DNA of 64,000 nucleotides from Octopus vulgaris (lineage: Eukaryota): NCBI GenBank assembly GCA_951406725.2, contig OX597823.1, forward strand, positions 80,166,001 through 80,230,000, in the 5' to 3' direction. How positions within the stretch are numbered: the stretch's first letter is position 1; every line of letters begins with the position of its first letter. Below are positions 12,969 to 25,505 of the stretch, piece after piece. The notes beneath the pieces are model-generated. The model did not search any database. It was not told the origin of the DNA and saw only the letters and a program-made list of their open reading frames with translations. The translations under genes were made by a program, and so were the position numbers.

Positions 12969-14148
12969 TATAATTGGAAATGTTGATCTATTTTTGCAAC
13001 AATGTTCTGTTGGAGAGAAATAATCTCAGCATGACGAGTCAATATTTTTCTGTAGCTACAGTTAACTCGTATTTGTGTTTCGGTATTTATTTGAGAATGT
13101 TCGCACGCCATGTGTGTTAGCGTATGTTGAAATAGAACAGACGAAAGAGACAGAAAGAAAGATAGATAGACATGAAGTCAGAGAAGTTTAAAAAGTAAAC
13201 AGTAAATTAAATCAGAGAGAAAATTCACGTTCTCACACATTAATCAACCTGAAAACACTTTTAAGTTGAATTAATGATGCTTTGATTAAAATAGGTTAAC
13301 TATGCTGCGGAGAAATATGTTACATCCGGAGCTTCTATTTGTTAAGAATTTCCAAAGGCCAAACAGTCAGTAATTAATATGAACCATATTTCATCAAACA
13401 TTGGACTACTAACAAAACACACACACACATGCAAGCGCACACACACAATATACACTCACACCACGGGCACACAAACACATCTGGCACACACACACATTCT
13501 TATGAAACATACATACACACATACACACACACACACACGTTATAACAAGAAACACACACACATAAGCACCTATATACGTATAGGTAAATAGATAGATAGA
13601 CATACAAGCAGACAAACAAACCAACAAATAGATATAAAAACAAAACTAGAATGTCCGGCAATTTGTTTCTCTCTCTCTCCTTCTCTCTTTCTCCCTCTCT
13701 CTGCCTCCCTCTTTCTATCTCCCTCCCATCCCCCTCTCTCTCTCTGTTTTTAATCATAATATATGTAAAATTTCGAAATATCGTGTCTCTATAGTTTACA
13801 TTAAGCGCATTCATCAGATGGCTTCACTCTGATGATGTGTGAGAGAACGTTTTCCAAATATTGCACTTCTTAGAACTGAAATCAATGTCTCACTACCAGC
13901 TTCATTTCACGATTGATAATTGTATTGCTTGAATTCAATAGGTTTTCATAACGATTCCAAATAACTCTCACTTGCGTTGCCATGATGTGAAATCATTAGA
14001 GTTAACGATTATTCGCAGATTCATTCTTAAGACGCGGAGACAGGTTCAGACGCAAAATATGCTAATCGCTGTAGTGTATGTCGTAGCAGAATAACTTCAT
14101 TTTACGACGACAGTGTGTTCAACACACTCGACTCATTGGCACACAGAA

Positions 14149-14195
14149 TCCGGAGACACCGGTGTTTCAACATGTTGTGCCTCATCAGTCATCAG
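14149..14195 (-). ncRNA. Type I minimal hammerhead ribozyme
   Basis: Minus: CTGATGA-GGCA-CAACA-TGTT-GAAAC-ACCGGT-GTC-TCCGGA; intact core, palindromic stem III, GUC site, weak stem I. Confidence 0.7.
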
Positions 14196-14704
14196 CCAGA
14201 AGTAACCGAAAGTCTGAGCCGAGAGAAGCCACCGGATTTATTTTTACTTTCAACGACCAAATTGCTTGCTGAACGGTATTTATATCTGCCAATCGATATA
14301 AAATCGTTTTTTTGCTCCACGTACAGCGAGATCTGGAAGAATGATTTGCATATAACATATCTAGGCAGATTCAAACGCAAAATATACTACAGAGTTATAT
14401 GGAGATAACACACATTAGCAATCGGTGGAAAGAATGTAGACGTGGAGAGAAGGAATTTTACTCAGTAACGTAGCTAGTTGGGGAAGCAATGGTTTTGGAT
14501 CTGCTATATAAACCTGTATGGGGGCAACAAGGGAATAGATAGGAATGGTAAATTTAGGGCTGTACCGGGCGGCACACATTCAAGCTATACCACTGCTTTT
14601 ACTTATATATACCAAAATGCGAAAAGAAAATAATAATCGAAGAAATAAGTGGTATAAATATGTTCAAAAATACCGTGACAGTGATCTATAAATATTAACA
14701 AGTT

Positions 14705-15245
14705 GAAGAAGCCGTGCTGGCAGAAACTTGAGCATGCCAGCCGAAATGCTTAGCGGTATTTCGTCTGTCTTTTCGTTCTGAGTTCAGATTCCGCCGAGGT
14801 AAACTCATCTTCATCCTTTCATCCTTTCGAGGTTGATAAATTAAGTACCAGTTGCGTACTGGAGTTGATCTAATCGACTGGTCCCCTCCCCCAAAATTTT
14901 GAGCCTTGTGCCTAGAGTAGAAAAGAATATTAACAAGAAGGCGGCGAACTAGCGGAGTCGTTAACACTTCAGGTAAAATGCTTAGCAGTATTTCGCCTTC
15001 TTTACGTGTTGAGTTCAAATTCCGCCGAGGTCGACTTTGCCTTTCATCTTTTCAGGATCGATAAAATAAATACCAGTTGAGCACAGCTACTTATTTTATC
15101 AATCGCTACTTATTTTATCGACCCCGAAAAAAAAAATGAAAGGCAAAGTCGATATCGGCAGAATTTGAACTCAGAACGTAAAGACTGACGAAATGCTGTT
15201 ATGTATTTTGTCGGGCGCAGCAACAATTCTGACAGCTAGCCACCT
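14705..15245. mobile_element. Cluster of three SINE S2 copies (+,+,-)
   Basis: S2 core at about 14705-14930, 14938-15080 and, inverted, 15085-15245. Confidence 0.8.
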
Positions 15246-15303
15246 TACCTCCCGGGATAATATTAAAAATCCAAATGTTCAATTTTAATTCTTTTGATAT
15301 ATA

Positions 15304-16188
15304 TAGGGTCAGGCAAAATGATCTGACACATTTGTAGGTTAAATAAAAGGCAAATGAAGTAAAGAAACAAAAAAGTGTTTTTATTTTTGAAAAGTACATA
15401 TAATGCCATTTTGTTTCATTATATTTTTAAAATTAAATCAGTCAAATGGGATCCATTATTGTCCACACACTGTCGAAGGCGTGTGTGGCACAGTGAATAA
15501 GCAAAACTTCAGATACTGAACCGAGAACAACCCTCGTGAGTTGCATGAACGCCCTTTGCATTGTCCTCGGGTGACTGTATGGTGTGCTGTGGCAGAATTC
15601 GGTATGTGGGGTCCGTACCTCTTCGAAGAAGACAACGTTACAGTGACTGTGAACTCTGATCGATATTGTGAGATGCTAGAGACTTTTCTCAGACCAAAAT
15701 TGAATATGCTCCACGATATGGACAAAGTTTGGTTTCAACAGGATGGGGCAACAGCCCACACTCCTCGACGTGCGATGGGGATTTTGAGGAATATGTTCCC
15801 TGGTCATTTGATCTCATTGCGTGGTGACATCGGTTGGCCCGCCCGTTCACCTGATTTAAATCCGTGCGATTTTTTCTCTGGGGATACCTCAAGTCAAAGG
15901 TATACATTAATCGCCCTCGATCTATTGAACAACTTAAATATGCAATTCATCAAGAAATTACTGCCATTCCACATGAAATGACCCGCCGAGTTATTGACAA
16001 CTTTCGTGAAGGCCTTCGACAGTGTGTGGACAATAATGGATCCCATTTGACTGATTTAATTTTTAAAACATAATGAAACAAAATCGCATTATATGTACTT
16101 TTCAAAAATAAAAACACTTTTTTGTTTCTTTACTTCATTTGCCTTTTATTTAACCTACAAATGTGTCAGATCATTTTGCCTGACCCTG
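15304..16188 (+). mobile_element. Tc3/rosa-like derivative with ~177-bp TIRs
   Basis: 15304-15480 is the reverse complement of 16011-16188; TA TSD. Confidence 0.92.
15481..16073 (+). pseudogene. Transposase catalytic-domain remnant (frameshifted)
   Basis: VTVWCAV..GPYLFE..WFQQDGATAH..WPARSPDLNPCDFF/LWGYLKSKVY. Confidence 0.92.
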
Positions 16189-16237
16189 TACTTGGAGACA
16201 CATTGACGTAACAAATGTTCTACAAATGCTTAGTAAT

Positions 16238-16499
16238 AAAATAAAATTAAATGCGCCCCTTTAAAGCCTAGCCAGGGTCATAGGCCCGGTTTCCCGGTTT
16301 CTATGGCGTATGTGTTCCCCAGCTGGACGGGACGCCAGTCCATCGCAGCGTTACTCATTTTTGCCAGCTGAGTGAACTGGAGCAACGTGAAATGAAGTGT
16401 TTTGCTCAAGAACACAACGCGTTGCCCGCACCGGGAATCGAAACCACAATCTTACGATCATGATGCTGACACCCTAACCACCAAGCCATGCGCCTCCAC
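16238..16499 (-). mobile_element. SINE head A + tail Y
   Basis: 16-bp TSD ACAAATGCTTAGTAAT; minus strand GGAGGCGCATGGCTTGGTGG..TTCTTGAGCAAAACACTT..GCGATGGACTGGCGTCCCGTCCAG..GAAACCGGGAAACC. Confidence 0.9.
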
Positions 16500-16984
16500 A
16501 CAAATGCTTAGTAATCCAGTTAAAATATTTGGTACTCATAATATGTAATCATTCTAAGAAAATAACAGAACAAGGGTACTGTTAAACTTATTGGAGTACA
16601 GAAGATCACCTGAAAGCACATAAGAAGCTTAACATTATTTTCCACGACAGGAAGGATTATAATGTACTAATGATCCACAGAGTAGTGTCAAATCCCGATA
16701 CTGTTGTGCAGAAGCGAGCTGAAAGTCAAGAAATAACACCGGCTTAGATATCTAAGAAAAAGAAAATCACTTCTTTTAAGGAATCTATCCGCATCACATT
16801 TTTAATTGGATATATATCATTCTTTTTTTATAGTCTTTTTACTTGTTCCAGCCATCTGACTGCGACCATGCTGGAGCACCGTCTTAAAGGGTACTTATTC
16901 TATCGTTCTCTTGGCCGAACCGCTAGGTTACGGGGAAATAAACACACCAGCATCACTTGTCAAGCGATGGTGGGAGGACAAACA

Positions 16985-16997
16985 TAAACACACAAAG

Positions 16998-17057
<60 letters not shown>

Positions 17058-17063
17058 ATGTAT

Positions 17064-17107
<44 letters not shown>

Positions 17108-17249
17108 TATTATTATTATTATTTTATATTATATATTATATATATATATTCATATATGTATGTATGTATATGTGTCTGTATGTATGCATACATACATATG
17201 TATATGTGCATATATATATATATATATATATATGCACATATATATATGA

Positions 17250-17296
<47 letters not shown>

Positions 17297-17386
17297 TGTA
17301 TATTCATACATATGTATATATATATATATATGCATATATATGCATATATATATGTGTGTGTATGTATGTATGTATATATGTAAATG

Positions 17387-17439
<53 letters not shown>

Positions 17440-17475
17440 ATATATATGTATGTATATATGTGTGTATACATGTAT
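16985..17475. repeat. Complex (TA)/(TG)/(CA) microsatellite
   Basis: Visible simple repeats following a partial minus-strand S1 SINE. Confidence 0.95.
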
Positions 17476-19732
17476 CTTTGTTTCTGAAAACCCTTCCCTT
17501 AAATGACGATGTAGATTACGAGACCCAAGTAATTAAAACAGGGAAAATAAAATTCAAGTCATTTGAATTCCCAATGGTGTGAATACGTTGAACCATCTTG
17601 TAAAATGCTTCCATACTCACAACAATACAAAATGAGGGATTAAATAAACAATGTTTCAAAAGATAAAATGCACAAACACAAAGCAGATGAAGGAATGAAT
17701 CAATTAAAATATAGAATAAGCAATCTACACAGCGAAGCAAGTAAAATAGTTCAGATGACTATAGATAAACCTTCCTGAAAGACCAACAAAAATATACATA
17801 CTGTCTGATGATTAAGTACATCGTTAACAACAAACAAATATAACTGCAAATGCTCAAATTCTTGACGCTAAAGACTATCTGCCTTAGATAACAGATCAAG
17901 ACAGCGTAGCATTTAAAAAATACTTCCCTTGAAATCATTTGTTTTGAAAATAACGCGCCAAAAATTCCATAGGACAATGCATAATGACAACATAGAAACA
18001 GATAAAATATCAACAGGAGAAAAGTTAAGACACATTTTAAGAAACTTATCTTGAGAAACGAAGTTAAAATAACATCCATTTAAAAGAGCATGTAACAACA
18101 ACAGAAATTGAAAAACCATCTCCCCAAAGTATTTTAATATCATACTTGCTTTAAGCAACTCAAAACCTCTACTATTAACAAAATTCAACAATTTTGATGG
18201 TTGATGTTTAATCTGTTGCTCTTCCAGATAACGCCCATCTTCAGTATCTTTCTAAACAATGCAGACCAAGCGTCTGTATCCTTTCGAATAATAAGTACAA
18301 GAACAATCTTCAAGACAGATCGACAGATAATTTTGAAAACACTGACTAATCACATACTTTCTGGTAAAGTATAAAGTGCACTTCAAAATATTGCTCAACT
18401 GGATAATTAAGAACTTAATTAAAAGCCTAAAAACATAATCCGTGTAAGGCAGAAAGTCTAGCTGGACAATTGGCAAATTCCTTGTTAACAGAAATGGTAC
18501 TTGATGCAAAAGTGCATACAGTAAATACTCCATGAGCTTCGATTGAATACATGGCCATTGATTTGGTTAGGCATAATAGCTTACCGTATCTACATCAGCT
18601 TGGTGACATCACAAGGAACATCATTGAAATAACACCAAAGAAATAAATGGTAGGTAGTTGTTGAATACTAACAAGGTCATGATTGTAAACTCTAGCTTCA
18701 GCGGTACATACACTGGGATATTTAAAGTGCATCGTACGTTTGGTCATTCTGTCTTCCTACAATTGACGTTGGATTGACTAATAAAAACATCGATTTGTAA
18801 TATTAGATAGACAGAGGATGAATCAGTCTCAGCTCCACTTCGTGTATGACTGAAAACTGCATGGTGAAAAAATGTTCCTCAAGTTGAAATACTCCTCGGT
18901 ATTTCCAAGCAAAATGACAGGGATACTATGATGTCATGTGGAATGGATAAATGCAAAAACGATAACAATAAAATGAGACAAACAGACAAGCAGGGCAGAG
19001 GGTTTATACTTTTAGGGAAGGAAGATAACACAGGGGCCGGTCAATTCTGATTTCTATTAATACTTCGGTATAGTTGAAAGTAAAACTGTGCAAATGCTGT
19101 ACGAATGAGAAAACCCTTTAAAAACTCATCTCGCAATAAGTATTCTTTTTATGTTCGTAATACATATGGCTGTTTCGTCTTGGACAGGAGACTAACAGAC
19201 ATAGATTCCATGGACGATAGTAAGGTAAATCTACTTCAAATTTTTTTAATATATACTACACAGTAAGACAGATACCCAAATGTAATGCAGTCCTAGAAAT
19301 GAAGGTGGGGATAAGCTACAGAAAGTCGGTAAGACATTTAAGAAGGCAATTTTGAATGTTTCCGTCTTCCGCTCCGGTACACAAGAAAACTTGTTAGTTG
19401 AATATTTCTGTAGTAAGAGTAAATGCACGGCACAAGGAAGCAAACCACTAAATTCTGAACCTAAAACACCAACAAAAATAAGCATAATGATGGCACATAA
19501 GTCAAATAAGTTGAACAACCATAACGGTTGTTTATCATTCAACCATCGCCAATATGTCCATCAACAGGAAACTTCATATAGACGTTTTATTTAAAATCTT
19601 TGGTTGGATGACAGATCCAGATTGAATAGAGCAATGTAAGCAACAAACATTTGCGATATAAGAACAGGTCATCACTACTAGATATATAAAAAGGTAAAAT
19701 ATGGACAATAACTGTTGCTTGAGTGATGTTTT

Positions 19733-20116
19733 TTGGCAGCACTCCATCGGTTACAACGACGAGGGTTCCAGTTGATCTGATCAATGGAACAACCTGCTCG
19801 TTAAATTAACGTGCAAGTGGCTCAGCACTCCACAGATACGCGCACCCTTAACGTAGTTCTCGGGGAGATTCAGCGTGACACAGAGTGTGACAAGGCTGGC
19901 CCTTTGAAATACAGGTAATACAAAAGCAGGAAGAAAGAGTGAGAGAAAGTTGTGGTGAAAGAGTACAGCAGGGATCACCACCATCCCCTGCCGGAGCCTC
20001 GTGGAGCTTTAGGTGTTTTCGCTCAATAAACACTCACAACGCCCGGTCTGGGAATCGAAATCGCGATCCTATGACCGCGAGTCCGCTACCCTAACCACTG
20101 GGCCATTGCGCCTCTT
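19733..20116 (-). mobile_element. SINE head B + tail X
   Basis: Minus GAGGCGCAATGGCCCAGTGG..TTTATTGAGCGAAAACACCTAAAGCTCCACG..GAACCCTCGTCG; TSD approx CTTGAGTG(A/G)TGT. Confidence 0.9.
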
Positions 20117-20534
20117 GAGTGGTGTATTTCCTGAAAGAATACGCCATAAGTATTATAATATTCTACACTCTTTCAGACAAAACATAAGTGAAAACGCAAC
20201 AACGTAGCAAATTTGATTGCATATGGCCTTCCGTCCAGTTATAACTCCCCGAGAAAATATCGAATGGCTCACAAAAATTAAAACATCTTAATCCCACAAA
20301 ATGACGAAACATTAAACCTAAAAAAATCTACAAAATCAGTAACCTACTTACAGGTTTTAACACCAATATTATTGCAAAGAATAAATGGTCAATGGAAAAA
20401 ATAAAAGCATCATATAATCTCAAGAACAGAAAAAGTTTGGAGCTCAATACTAATGTAAAGAGATTAAGATTAGAACTGATCACAATTAAAAAACCTAAGC
20501 GTATCCAGTGGAAGAAGAAAGAATATAAAAATAT

Positions 20535-20768
20535 CTGTTTCTTTATTACCCATAAGGGGCTAAACATAGAGGGGACAAACAAGGACAGACAAACGGACTA
20601 AGTCGATTACATCGACCTCAGTGCGTAACTGGTACTTAATTTATTGACCCCGAAAGGATGAAAAGCAAAGTCGACCTCGGCGGAATTTGAACTCAGAACG
20701 TAACGGCAGACGAAATACGGCTACGCATTTCGCCCGGCGTGCTAACGGTTCTGCCAGCTCGCCGTCTT
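20535..20768 (-). mobile_element. SINE S2 tail a
   Basis: Reverse complement of the 9820 element. Confidence 0.9.
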
Positions 20769-21902
20769 ATATGAAAATAATAAAATTATCACCAGACTGC
20801 TGATAGTATTCCCTTCATCTAGAATCATTATTCATGAGTAAAATCGTAACAACAAAAAAACAGTTAATTTAGTTACGCATAAACAGAATACAATATTACA
20901 AATACAAAAAACACCAAAAGTTGTAAAAACAAATCTGAACCCTATAAGGATAGGAGATACGTAGTTGCTTCCTTCCGCCTTCTTGTCTTCTTGGCCTTTA
21001 TTGTTGACATCTTTAACCAACGTGAGCAACTAAATTAGACTTGGATCCAAATCATATGCAATGTTATGCTGTACATGGTAGACAATAAGGCACACTTATT
21101 TTGCATTATACAACTTCAGTCGGAATTCTTTGTGATAAAAAGCACCAAAATCACTTTGAAGATCAGGAAGTCAGCATAAACTAGCAATATCCCTATTTGA
21201 TAACGAAACAGTGATACGAGAATTAAATTAATGATAGGCGTATAATTATTTACAAATTGATTAAATAAGCACGCACATAAATGAAGGAAAATGTTAGTAG
21301 CATTAGATTAATAATTAAACTGAATTTTAAACAACGAAAACTAGAAGGCATTCGTTCTCAACACCCTAGATATTTGGGTAGTTCGTGCAGTTTTAACTTT
21401 CTGAACTTGAAGCTAAGCGAAATAGCAAGATTAGACAGAAAACCAAGTAAAAATGAGGATTGCATTTATAATACGTCAACTAAAATGACACACAATGATT
21501 ATATTTACTACGAAGACGGAGAGAAACGTAGTCTTAAGCTGTTGTAAAAATATCTACTATAGGACAAAATTATCTGGTAAAGACTATAAAGAATCTAATA
21601 CAAGCAGCTAAAATGTTCAAAACAAACAAACAAATACTGTTTTCAACGAATCCAATAAAAACAGAAGTGGGGCTGACGTAACAGACAGCTGCAAAGAGGT
21701 TGGCGAAACAACAACAGAATCATTAAAAATGACTGAAATCTAAAGTAAAAAATGTATCTACAAAACGTGCAAAGGAAATTCTCGACTTTAGGCAAAGTGG
21801 AATTGAATATGATAAAGCAGAAAGCAACTCAAAGGTGCCTGGGCTACCCAAATCACCTAGTTGAGACGGTGGAATAACTTTGCTCGTGACACTAAAACAG
21901 TG

Positions 21903-22207
21903 ATTCTTTATTACCCACTAGGGGCGACACAGATGGGGACACCAAAAGACATGGGGACATAGAACATTATAATTAAAATTTATGAAAAATGAATTGTTAA
22001 GTGAAAGAAAATGATAATATGAAAGCGATACTAACGGCCCCATCCGTTAGCATCACTTACCTGTCCTTTGTTTTTCATCGTCACTTGAATGTTCTTTACC
22101 AATACGAATAAATTCCATATCCATTCTTACTCCGAAATACTCATCCATATTTTCCACGAATTCATCGCTCATTCTTATATCTTTCACCTCACCATAAACT
22201 CATCTAT
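21903..22207 (-). mobile_element. 5'-truncated retroposon with Tx1-type 3' tail
   Basis: Perfect 17-bp TSD GTGACACTAAAACAGTG (21886-21902, 22208-22224); minus 3' end TGTCCCCATCTGTGTCGCCCCTAGTGGGTAATAAAGAA. Confidence 0.85.
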
Positions 22208-22549
22208 GTGACACTAAAACAGTGTCCAAAACATATAATGACGTAAAGTAGAAAAGGTATCTGTAGGAAACGAGAAGAAGCAATCAAATGCACAATTTCT
22301 GGATGTGTGTGTGTGTGTGTATGTTTGTGTGTGTGGATGGGTAAACGCTTGACTAATATCGAGGTTTTATACACTAGAAACTGCTAATATCTTCAAGAGA
22401 TGATATAATATGCAAAGTCGTTGATTTTGTAATCAGGCAATAAGCATTATAACTTCGTAGTCAAAAGATGCTTGGGAACGGAACAAATGATGCTTACAAG
22501 GATCAGTATATCCATGAATGGGTATATGTGTATATAGAAATGTATGTTC

Positions 22550-22603
<54 letters not shown>

Positions 22604-22899
22604 TATATTAGTTTGATTTTAAATCCTTCAGCATGTTAGTTATTTCTATATGATAAAATTATCATAAAACAATAGAAATATGTTGCCATATTTCTATTGA
22701 AATAGACAGCCTTTCTTCCTATTCATTTTGAAAAACAAAATACAGAAAGAATTTAGCCAAATTACTTTGTCATTATTAAGCTGTGTTTGGAACACAAATT
22801 AAAATGAAATTTTCATGGAATTTTTTAATTTAGATTACTTTAAATAAAGAATAGAGAATATCCGAACGTGTTTTTTTTCTTATTTATAAACTTTTATGA

Positions 22900-23560
22900 G
22901 TATTTTGCTGTTGGTTTTGTTTTTAATGCGGTTCAGGCTGTGTGGAGGTTTAGTAGCAATGGCACTGTCACAAACGAGAGAGCAAGATTATTGTGGGCTT
23001 ATTTCAGCTTTGTAAGCAGGTCAGCAGTTGACGGGGTGTAGTATTTTCTAACCCCGAAGAGAAGGGCTAGATTTTGGGATGCAGTCCTGGCTACGTTGAG
23101 GATGAGATTTAATTTCACCAGAAGAGGTCTTCGGTGATTGCGAAGCTTAACATCTGGAGCGACTGTCGTGGGTTTAGTTGGGTGCTGCTCATATTCAATG
23201 GGGATGTGGTACAATAATGTTTCCATGACATGAGTAGGGTCTGTGTTTTTTGACATTTCCAGATGTTCATCTTTTATCATTAAGGACAAGCATCTTGAGT
23301 TTCGGCGATTAAAATTTGTAAGAAAAATGGTTGATAGAGTTGACTTAGATAAACTTTGCTTTATGTTTCTTTCAACTGGAAGTGTATGAAGTTTCTAGCA
23401 ATGTTTAAATAGAAAGTTGTGCTGCCTTCAACGAAAAAAAGTAATGGAAATTCTATGCTGATAAGGATATTTAAAATCACATTGTTATTCTTTGGGAAGT
23501 AGACAGAGTATATTCTGACTCAACATCCTGAAATGTTACTGAAGAGAAAAATCCACTTCT
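22900..23560 (-). mobile_element. Decayed CR1/L2-group LINE RT fragment
   Basis: Minus translation VARTASQNLALLFGVRKYYTP, then a frameshifted QLLT.L/YKA.I-like block and LNRI. Confidence 0.6.
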
Positions 23561-23865
23561 GTGTTCACCACAAAATAAATACGCCCACGCTTCCAATTGG
23601 TTGTTTCTGCTGCAACGAAAGCAAGGATATGGCAGTCTGATGACAAAAGGCTAAAATTCTTAGTTCTTCAGGAAAGAAAAAGCTGCTGCAACTTGTTAAG
23701 AGAGTACAAAATTGTTAAAAACATAACTGTTTCTAGAAGAATCATCACAAAAACTTTAAATATGCTGGTTCTGTCATTGTTAAGCAAAGAAAACATTAAG
23801 GGTAGATTGCTAGCTATGGCTGAGTATAGTAACTGTCATGGTTAGTTTCAGAAAATTCTCTATGA

Positions 23866-24127
23866 TGAGACCCCCTTCGGTCATGACTGACCGTGGAATT
23901 GTACCTAGAAAGTTACCCTCCCTGATACAAGTCCGGGCAAGGTTGTTTATAGAAGACCAGCTGTCGCCCATGCCTTTCCCTTGGATAGCATCAGTGGCAT
24001 GGAGAGGGGAGGCCGGTATGCATGGGTGACAGCTGGTCTTCCATAAACAACCTTGCCCGGACTTGTATCTGGGATGGTAACTTTCTAGGTGCAATCCCAT
24101 GGTCAGTCATGACCGAAGGGGGTCTCA
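23866..24127. mobile_element. Palindromic MITE-like element
   Basis: ~108-bp arms TGAGACCCCCTTCGGTCATGACTGACC.. / ..GGTCAGTCATGACCGAAGGGGGTCTCA; no clear TSD. Confidence 0.85.
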
Positions 24128-24149
24128 GCTGCAGCAGCAGTAGCATATA

Positions 24150-24380
24150 TACGTATGTGTGTGTATATGATTGTGTGTCCGTGTTTGTCCCCTAACATCG
24201 CTTGACAACCGATGCTGGTGTGTTTACGTCCCCGTAACTTAGCGGTTCGGCAAAAGGAACCGATAGAATAAGTACTAGGCTTACAAAGAATAAGTCTCAG
24301 GGTCGATTTGCTCGACTAAAGGCGATGCTCCAGCATGGCCACAGTCAAATGACTGAAACAAGTAAAAGAGTAAAGAGTAT
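24150..24380 (+). mobile_element. 3' half of SINE S1
   Basis: CATCGCTTGACAACCGATGCTGG..GACTGAAACAAGTAAAAGAGTAAAGAG. Confidence 0.88.
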
Positions 24381-24828
24381 CCTCTGATAAATTTTGAGAA
24401 GCTGTAAAACATGAATGGCATATTATTGGCATTTCTTGAAGCAAAACGAATTAGCTTAGAATTTTCCCCAAAAAATTACCGAAAGCAAAAGGACATAATA
24501 CTCTATAGCTTGTAGAAATATTTCTACTTGTTACATTTCTATGGGATTTTTAATATATGACGGTTTTAAATTTTGATATAGAGCCATAAGCTTTTAAATA
24601 GAAGAGATTAGTCGATTACACTGATCCCAGTGCTCATAATGGTGTTTATTTTATTGACTCCGAAAGGATAAAAGACAAAGTTGACCTCGACGGAATTCGA
24701 ACTCAGAACATAAGAATGGACGAAATGCCGCTAAGCATTTTGTCTGGCGTGCTGACGGTTCTGCCAGCTCGCCATCATTTTAAAACACATAATTACAAGT
24801 ATTACAATTTTTTTCTGATCCGGTTCAT

Positions 24829-24888
<60 letters not shown>

Positions 24889-25114
24889 GTGTGTGTGTTT
24901 GTGCGTCTGTGTATGCGTGCGTGTGTGTATGCTTGTTTGTTTTTTACATGCCCGTTGGGGATCATTTATGACATTAAATGAGAATAACAAAAGACATAAA
25001 TAAAATTGACGAACAATTTAATACAAGATATTTAAACCGCTAAATACGGTCGGCAAGAGACAGCTTAGTGAAAAAAATCTGAAAGAAACAATAGAAATTA
25101 GCAGGGCAGTAAGT

Positions 25115-25505
25115 TGTTTACTCCTGTATTTTTACTTGTTTCAGTCATTCGACTAAATCCACTCAGAAGGCTTTTGTCGGCCCGAGGCTATCACGCAGTG
25201 GGACTGAACCCGGGACCATGTGGTTGGAAAGTATATTTCTTATTTCTTTATTGCTCACAAGGGGTTAAACATACAGGGGACAAACAAGGACAGACAAAGG
25301 AATTGAGTCGATTACATCGACCCCAGTACATAACTGGCACTTAATTTATCGACCCCGAAAGGATGAAAGGCAAAGTCGACCTCGGCGGAATTTGAACTCA
25401 GAACGTAACGGCAGAGAAAATACCGCTAAGCATTTCACACAGCGTGCTAACGTTTCTGCCAGCTCACCGTAAGAAGTATACTTCTTACCACACAGCAACT
25501 CTTAT
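25115..25505 (-). mobile_element. Deleted S1 SINE with a nested S2 SINE (approx 25230-25470)
   Basis: S1 head is split at GAA(A)GTATA, repeated on both sides of the S2 copy. Confidence 0.75.

Larger units (their letters stand above)
17488..22300 (+). pseudogene. Decayed A-rich coding-like tract of unknown origin (candidate endogenous viral element), interrupted by three insertions
   Basis: Long microsatellite-free, A-skewed sequence; protein-like + strand fragments broken by stops (AESLAGQLANSLLTEMVLDAKVHTVN; IANMSINRKLHIDVLFKIFGWMTDPD); no recognisable RT or transposase motif. Confidence 0.4.

Noticed and set aside
13770-13850. TCATCAG/CTGATGA pair
   Set aside because: No convincing stem II-GAAA-stem III geometry on either strand
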